Below are positions 7,806 to 13,194 of a DNA stretch of 13,194 bases, piece by piece (position 1 is the first letter of the stretch; each line of letters opens with the position of its first letter). This DNA is from a virus. Taxonomy: Duplodnaviria; Heunggongvirae; Uroviricota; Caudoviricetes. The notes under the pieces are model-generated. The model was not told the DNA's origin, searched no databases, and worked only from the letters and a program-made list of their open reading frames with translations. Both the position numbers and the translations under genes were made by a program. The stretch is taken from positions 1 to 13,194 of IMG/VR virus record IMGVR_UViG_2690316066_000016; one strand, written 5' to 3'.

Positions 7806-8214
7806 CTTCTTTATCCTCTCTGTAAGCCGGGTGCATTGCTCGGTATTGCTCAATGGTCAAACCCTCGCTGGCCGCTGCAAACCGTTCCTTTTGCTTACCC
7901 GCCAATCGCAAGGCGCTGTCTCTCCAGCAGAGCAGAAAGAAGATGGTCAGCACCTGTTTACTCAAGCCATCCAGAAGATCGCCAAGTCCTTGCTCAAGCA
8001 GACAGGCACGCCATGCAGCGGCGTGCTCAGTCATCGCACCTACTATCGGGACAGGTGCGCCGAGCATTGTCGCAAGCTGACTCATAACACTATTAGCATC
8101 GCCCGGATGCAGCCGGGGAATAGTCATGCGGCCAGCCTGCGCCAACAGCTCGTCGTACCGCTGGCGGCGTGGGTCATCACCTGCCAGCGACCTAATCGGC
8201 TTTTCATCAGCCAT
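7789..8214 (-). CDS. Hypothetical phage protein (141 aa)
   Basis: Open frame with a strong RBS (GGAGG 8 nt upstream of the ATG at 8214); co-directional and tightly packed with neighbouring phage genes; no family recognised. Confidence 0.5.
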   Translation of the reverse strand: MADEKPIRSLAGDDPRRQRYDELLAQAGRMTIPRLHPGDANSVMSQLATMLGAPVPIVGAMTEHAAAWRACLLEQGLGDLLDGLSKQVLTIFFLLCWRDSALRLAGKQKERFAAASEGLTIEQYRAMHPAYREDKEDDNHD

Positions 8215-8232
8215 TAATGGAACCTCCGAGGA

Positions 8233-8742
8233 TTAGGCAGCCTGCAATAAATCGGCTGGCGTTGAGGGATGGTATCTGGCTTTAGCTTTCAGGTACGCAA
8301 CACGCGCCGCAGCTTCGGTAGTGAATAAGCCAAGGTGATGACGTACACCATCAACACGAATATAAGCCTCCCATTTACTACTACCCTTATTCCAGCTATA
8401 CCCTCTTGCCCTGCGTCGATTCTGGTCGTTTTCCCGCTGCGTAACCAATCGCAGATTGCATAAGCGGTTGTCGTCACGGATACCGTTGATGTGATCGATC
8501 TGCATACCGTGGGGAATAGCACCATGCGCAAGAATCCACGCCACGCGATGGGCTTTTAGCTGGTACTGCTTGCCATCAAGTCGCAGGGCAACTTGACGAT
8601 AGCCATCAGCTCGACGGGTGGAGTCGGCATAGGTGCCAACCTTAACCCGGCGTCGGTTAGCTTTATGTTGCAGGCGGCCTGTCACCGGGTCATATAGGAA
8701 AAGGGAGAGCAGTAGCTCAGGGGCGTAAGCATCATTAACCAT
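8233..8742 (-). CDS. HNH homing endonuclease with a C-terminal AP2-like DNA-binding domain (phage-type)
   Basis: HRVAWILAHGAIPHGMQIDHINGIRDDNRLCNLRLVTQRENDQN is a classic phage HNH (HNH_3-type) motif; C-terminal SKWEAYIRVDGVRHHLGLFTTEAAARVAYLKA resembles an AP2 domain. Confidence 0.8.
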   Translation of the reverse strand: MVNDAYAPELLLSLFLYDPVTGRLQHKANRRRVKVGTYADSTRRADGYRQVALRLDGKQYQLKAHRVAWILAHGAIPHGMQIDHINGIRDDNRLCNLRLVTQRENDQNRRRARGYSWNKGSSKWEAYIRVDGVRHHLGLFTTEAAARVAYLKAKARYHPSTPADLLQAA

Positions 8743-8758
8743 GACTCAGCCCCTCCAG

Positions 8759-9754
8759 TTACACAGCTTGTCGGAAATTGATAACGCAGTCAGGACGACG
8801 CAGCCCAACGTTGAACAGGCGATATGAGTCCATCACCATTGTCATTTCGCGCTCATCATCCCACTGGCGATTAATGACGCTCTGCGCTTCGACCGTCAGC
8901 AGCACAGAGGAAGGTTTAAATAGCGTCGCCCTCGTCAGCGCTTCCTCTGCGGTAACATCATAATCAGCGCCCAGTTCATGCCCGGTGATGGCTTCCTGCG
9001 GGTAACTGTTGAGTTCAATGACTCGCACCCCAGCGACATAGCCAACGCGACGCCATGCGTAATCGTTGCCACTATCCCGGCTGTAACGGACGTTCATCAG
9101 CTTCTTATGCTCCATCAGGATGCTGAACCAAGCCGGGTCGATAAGCAGTACCAGCTCCGCCACCGGAATATCTTTCTCAGTCAGGAATCGATTAACAGCA
9201 GCTTTAATAGCGTGAACCAGCTCATTTGCTGCGTCCTCTTCACTACCCGTGGTCAGGTTGAGCGGGACAACGTTATCCGTAAGCGGGTTAAACGTTGGTT
9301 GCAGTGTCGGCGGTGGTACAAAGTCAGTCGCTTTGATTAGCTGGGTGGTGTGCGCTTCGTCGTAGAATTTAGCGTGAGCAGTACCCATATTGCGGCTCAG
9401 TTCTGCGCGAAAGGTGGGCGCTGTCCAGTCGTCCTGATAGTCAATCGGGACGCGGATATAGCTCAGCGTATCCACAGAGATAACCAACTTGTCCGACTTA
9501 ACGGCGGTAGGCTCCAGCGATTGCCCTGCGGTTCTGCCCTTCACCTCAAGATCACCACCTAGGCGATCAATGCGGTATTGGTTGCTGTTTTTCAGCGGCT
9601 TGTATGTGCTTAGCCCCTCTGCGAGAAAGACGCTCTTTGCCTCAAGGCGGGTCTGAACGTCCCGATCATACGCTTCAATGTGAATGTCGTTGTCAGCATC
9701 CACACCGCCCCAGTGCGGGCGGAATTGGTCAGGGGTATAAACATTGTCAGTCAT
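8759..9754 (-). CDS. Phage major capsid protein, T7 gp10-like (HK97 fold), putative
   Basis: Blocks KSDKLVISVDTLSYIRVPIDY, IKAAVNRFLTEKDIPVAELVLLIDPAWFSILME and RVGYVAGVRVIEL align by eye with T7 gp10 regions as I remember them (KVITIDGLL..., LTKNYVPAADRVFYCDPDSYSAILAA, NVMGFEVVEVPHL). GGAG lies 8 nt upstream of the ATG. Homology is from memory, not a search. Confidence 0.5.
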   Translation of the reverse strand: MTDNVYTPDQFRPHWGGVDADNDIHIEAYDRDVQTRLEAKSVFLAEGLSTYKPLKNSNQYRIDRLGGDLEVKGRTAGQSLEPTAVKSDKLVISVDTLSYIRVPIDYQDDWTAPTFRAELSRNMGTAHAKFYDEAHTTQLIKATDFVPPPTLQPTFNPLTDNVVPLNLTTGSEEDAANELVHAIKAAVNRFLTEKDIPVAELVLLIDPAWFSILMEHKKLMNVRYSRDSGNDYAWRRVGYVAGVRVIELNSYPQEAITGHELGADYDVTAEEALTRATLFKPSSVLLTVEAQSVINRQWDDEREMTMVMDSYRLFNVGLRRPDCVINFRQAV

Positions 9755-9821
9755 AGAAATAGCTCCAGCGCCAGCAGTAGCCAGCGTGATTTATGAAAAG
9801 AGAAAGAGAGAATGGGAGGAA

Positions 9822-10169
9822 TCAGGCAGCAGCTTTTTCAGCAGCCACCTCAAGAATCAGGCCGATAAGCGCGAAAGCGGGCCATTGGGGATTAAGCTCG
9901 TGCAGGTGCGCAACGCCTCCACCAAAAGCATCGCGCATGTCAGCACCAGAGATGCCAGAGCGTTTGGCCGCCCGCCGCAGCAATCGCAGCTCAGAGCTGG
10001 GAACATACGCCGAGGGCATACGCACGCCAAAGCGTGAGGCGAGCCGCCGCCAGTGAGTTTCATCAGCAAAGTCTTGTTTAAGCTGGCTGGCGTTGGCTTT
10101 CCAGTGTTCAATCTTTGCTCTACGGGCAGCCCTAGCCGCTGCCACGTTTTCAGGTGTCAGTAAGGTCAT
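9822..10169 (-). CDS. Hypothetical phage protein (115 aa)
   Basis: Open frame co-oriented with the phage module and preceded by a 160-bp intergenic gap; weak RBS; no family recognised. Confidence 0.4.
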   Translation of the reverse strand: MTLLTPENVAAARAARRAKIEHWKANASQLKQDFADETHWRRLASRFGVRMPSAYVPSSELRLLRRAAKRSGISGADMRDAFGGGVAHLHELNPQWPAFALIGLILEVAAEKAAA

Positions 10170-10329
10170 TGTCAGATCTCAATGCAAAATGGGTTTATGT
10201 GTGGTGTTTGAGAGGTAATTTCGCGTTTTACAGGCGCAGGTATACGAATGCACATCTGGCGATGTACAACGCGATTCAGGCTCTAAAACATAAGGTTAAG
10301 ACGTGGGGAAGACAGGACAGGGCAATTGC

Positions 10330-11409
10330 TTAGCGGCCAGCGCGCTTGCCAGCGGAGCGCTGCGCAACCAGATCGCGGTATTGTTCGTCGTACTGGCGAT
10401 GACCGGGGCCATACCCCGATTGCAGCGCCCACTGCGAAAGCTGGTCATACGCTGCAATAAATTCAGCATGAGACATCCCGACAGGTTGCGCGGTAGGCTG
10501 GCCATGCTGGGCATAACCAGTTTGTGAACCGCCAGCCATACGCTCTTGCAGATACTGAACCGCCCGCTGCATCTGAGCAGGGTCGCCAGACATAACCATC
10601 CGCTCAAGGGTAGATTGCGTCCCGGCATCGAGCGTGCCAGCATATTGCAACATCGCGTCAACTGTACCCTGCCCTAACTGACTTTCTATGGACTGTTGAA
10701 ACTGCCCCATTAACCCTTGCAGCTCGGCGGTATACTCGACAGCCGTCCAGCCATCTTTCATGGTGCGGATCTCTTTTTTACCCGCGTTGACCATTGGCTC
10801 GATGGTGAACGTCATCCCAGGTTTCAGTACGACGTTGGTTTCACGGGAGTCATAGTGCAGCACCTGCGGTTCTTCATGGAAGCCGCGACCAATACCGTGT
10901 CCACAATATTCACGAACGACGGAGAAGCCTTCTGCTTCGACAAACTTCTGAATCGCCGCACCGATTTCGCGCAGGTTAATGCCTGGTTTGACCATGCGCA
11001 GCGCCAGGTACAGGCTTTCTTGCGTGATGCGGCACAGACGTTCGCCCATGATGGTCGGCTTACCGACGATAAACATTTTCGAGGTATCGCCGTGGAAACC
11101 ATCTTTGATTACGGTGACATCAATGTTAACGATATCGCCATCTTTCAGCAGCTTCGCATCGTCCGGGATACCGTGGCACACCACTTCATTAATAGAGATG
11201 CAAACGGATTTCGGATAGCCGTGATAGCCGAGGCAGGCAGAAACCGCGTGTTGTTCATTAACAATGTAATCATTACAGATGCGATCCAGCTCGCCGGTGC
11301 TGACGCCCGGTTTAACATACGGTTCGATCATCTCCAGCACTTCGGCAGCCAGTCGGCCAGCGACGCGCATTTTTTCGATATCTTCTGGGGTCTTGATTGA
11401 GATAGCCAT
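10330..11409 (-). CDS. map: Chimeric ORF: methionine aminopeptidase Map residues 1-222 fused in frame to 137 aa of unrelated (phage-like) sequence; native Map C-terminus (42 aa) missing
   Basis: Translation matches E. coli Map from MAISIKTPEDIEKMRVAG... through ...KKEIRTMKDGWT, then diverges to AVEYTAELQGLMGQFQQ... Nucleotide homology to map stops at about 10743. Position divergent from rpsB matches the known map-rpsB arrangement. Confidence 0.85.
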   Translation of the reverse strand: MAISIKTPEDIEKMRVAGRLAAEVLEMIEPYVKPGVSTGELDRICNDYIVNEQHAVSACLGYHGYPKSVCISINEVVCHGIPDDAKLLKDGDIVNIDVTVIKDGFHGDTSKMFIVGKPTIMGERLCRITQESLYLALRMVKPGINLREIGAAIQKFVEAEGFSVVREYCGHGIGRGFHEEPQVLHYDSRETNVVLKPGMTFTIEPMVNAGKKEIRTMKDGWTAVEYTAELQGLMGQFQQSIESQLGQGTVDAMLQYAGTLDAGTQSTLERMVMSGDPAQMQRAVQYLQERMAGGSQTGYAQHGQPTAQPVGMSHAEFIAAYDQLSQWALQSGYGPGHRQYDEQYRDLVAQRSAGKRAGR

Positions 11410-11554
11410 TAATTCTGTCCATCAGCGTCGGTGATACCGACAATATATATGTAAGTGCCGTCAATGGTATCACACCCGGGCAAATTGAGAATCATTCTGA
11501 ATTTCGCCAAACGTGCCACTGAACGTTTTCTATAATAGAAAATTCAACGTCTGA

Positions 11555-12502
<948 letters not shown>

Positions 12503-12676
12503 TAAGGCTTGATAACTCCCCCAAAATAGTTCGAGTTGCAGAAAGGCGGCAAGCTCGAGAATTCCCGGGAGCTTACATCAGTAAGTGACCGGGATGAGCG
12601 AGCGAAGATAACGCATCTGCGGCGCGAAATATGAAGGGGGAGAGCCCTTATAGACCAGGTAGTACACGTTTGGTTA

Positions 12677-12702
12677 GGGGGCCTGCATATGGCCCCCTTT
12701 TT
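12677..12702 (+). terminator. rpsB-tsf intergenic hairpin with T-tract (GGGGGCC-TGCATAT-GGCCCCC-TTTTT); attenuator or partial terminator
   Basis: Perfect 7-bp GC stem followed by five T residues, between rpsB and tsf as expected for the rpsB-tsf operon. Confidence 0.6.
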
Positions 12703-12759
12703 CACTTTTATATCTGTGCGGTTTAATGCCGGGCAGATCACATCTCCGAGGATTTTAGA

Positions 12760-13137
12760 ATGGCTGAAATTACCGCATCCCTGGTAAAAGAGCTGCGTGA
12801 GCGTACTGGCGCAGGCATGATGGATTGCAAAAAAGCACTGACTGAAGCTAACGGCGACATCGAGCTGGCAATCGAAAACATGCGTAAGTCCGGTGCTATT
12901 AAAGCAGCGAAAAAAGCAGGCAACGTTGCTGCTGACGGCGTGATCAAAACCAAAATCGACAGCAACTACGGCATCATTCTGGAAGTTAACTGCCAGACTG
13001 ACTTCGTTGCAAAAGACGCTGGTTTCCAGGCGTTCGCAGACAAAGTTCTGGACGCAGCTGTTGCTGGCAAAATCACTGACGTTGAAGTTCTGAAAGCACA
13101 GTTCGAAGAAGAACGTGTTGCGCTAAACACAGCCTGA
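12760..13137 (+). pseudogene. tsf: Elongation factor Ts, truncated: only the N-terminal ~122 codons are tsf-like, then three unrelated codons and a stop
   Basis: Translation [43 protein letters not shown]...[11 protein letters not shown] matches E. coli EF-Ts (283 aa), then reads NTA-stop. Nucleotide homology ends at about 13124; the remaining roughly 70 nt are of unknown origin. Confidence 0.85.
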
Positions 13138-13194
13138 ATAAACGGACTGTAGCTGTCGATATCAGCCACCATCACGATGATGTCGCGCGGAGTA

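Larger units (their letters stand above)
4155..10742. mobile_element. Integrase-associated genomic island / prophage remnant carrying the TIR/2-TM cargo, bounded by the tRNA-Leu att-like fragment and the breakpoint inside map
   Basis: tRNA 3' fragment plus integrase at one side; phage structural and nuclease genes; strong composition contrast with the cargo; the other boundary is the abrupt loss of map homology. Boundaries are inferred; no direct repeat of the att core was found in the window. Confidence 0.5.

Noticed and set aside
7657-10056. Several plus-strand ORFs of 60-190 aa (for example 7657-8217, 8978-9340, 9350-9562, 9744-10037, 9793-10056)
   Set aside because: All lie antisense to the tightly packed, recognisable minus-strand phage genes in GC-rich DNA, where long spurious ORFs are expected.
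10717-11400. 227-aa plus-strand ORF
   Set aside because: Antisense shadow of map, whose identity to E. coli Map is unambiguous on the minus strand.
13125-13194. Terminal 70 nt as an insertion-sequence end
   Set aside because: I could not match it from memory to IS1, IS2, IS3 or IS5 termini, and no inverted repeat or target duplication is visible in so short a stretch; left unassigned.

Overview
This window reads as an enterobacterial (E. coli-like) patchwork. From 5' to 3': the 3' half of a type I R-M specificity gene (hsdS, with TAEL-encoding 12-nt repeats at the window edge) and a complete 1038-aa hsdR; a 31-nt 3'-terminal tRNA-Leu fragment with its terminator (att-like island boundary); a tyrosine integrase; a markedly AT-rich two-gene minus-strand operon encoding a 2-TM protein and a ThsB-like TIR protein, which is the main candidate for a new Thoeris-like anti-phage system; a GC-rich phage remnant on the minus strand (endonuclease VII-like, HNH-AP2 endonuclease, T7 gp10-like capsid protein, small hypotheticals); then a core fragment map'-rpsB-'tsf. 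Both map (after codon 222) and tsf (after codon 122) lose homology abruptly, so this core segment is bounded by two breakpoints. No CRISPR array and no intact tRNA or rRNA gene were seen. All calls are from reading the sequence and ORF translations; no database search or computation was run.
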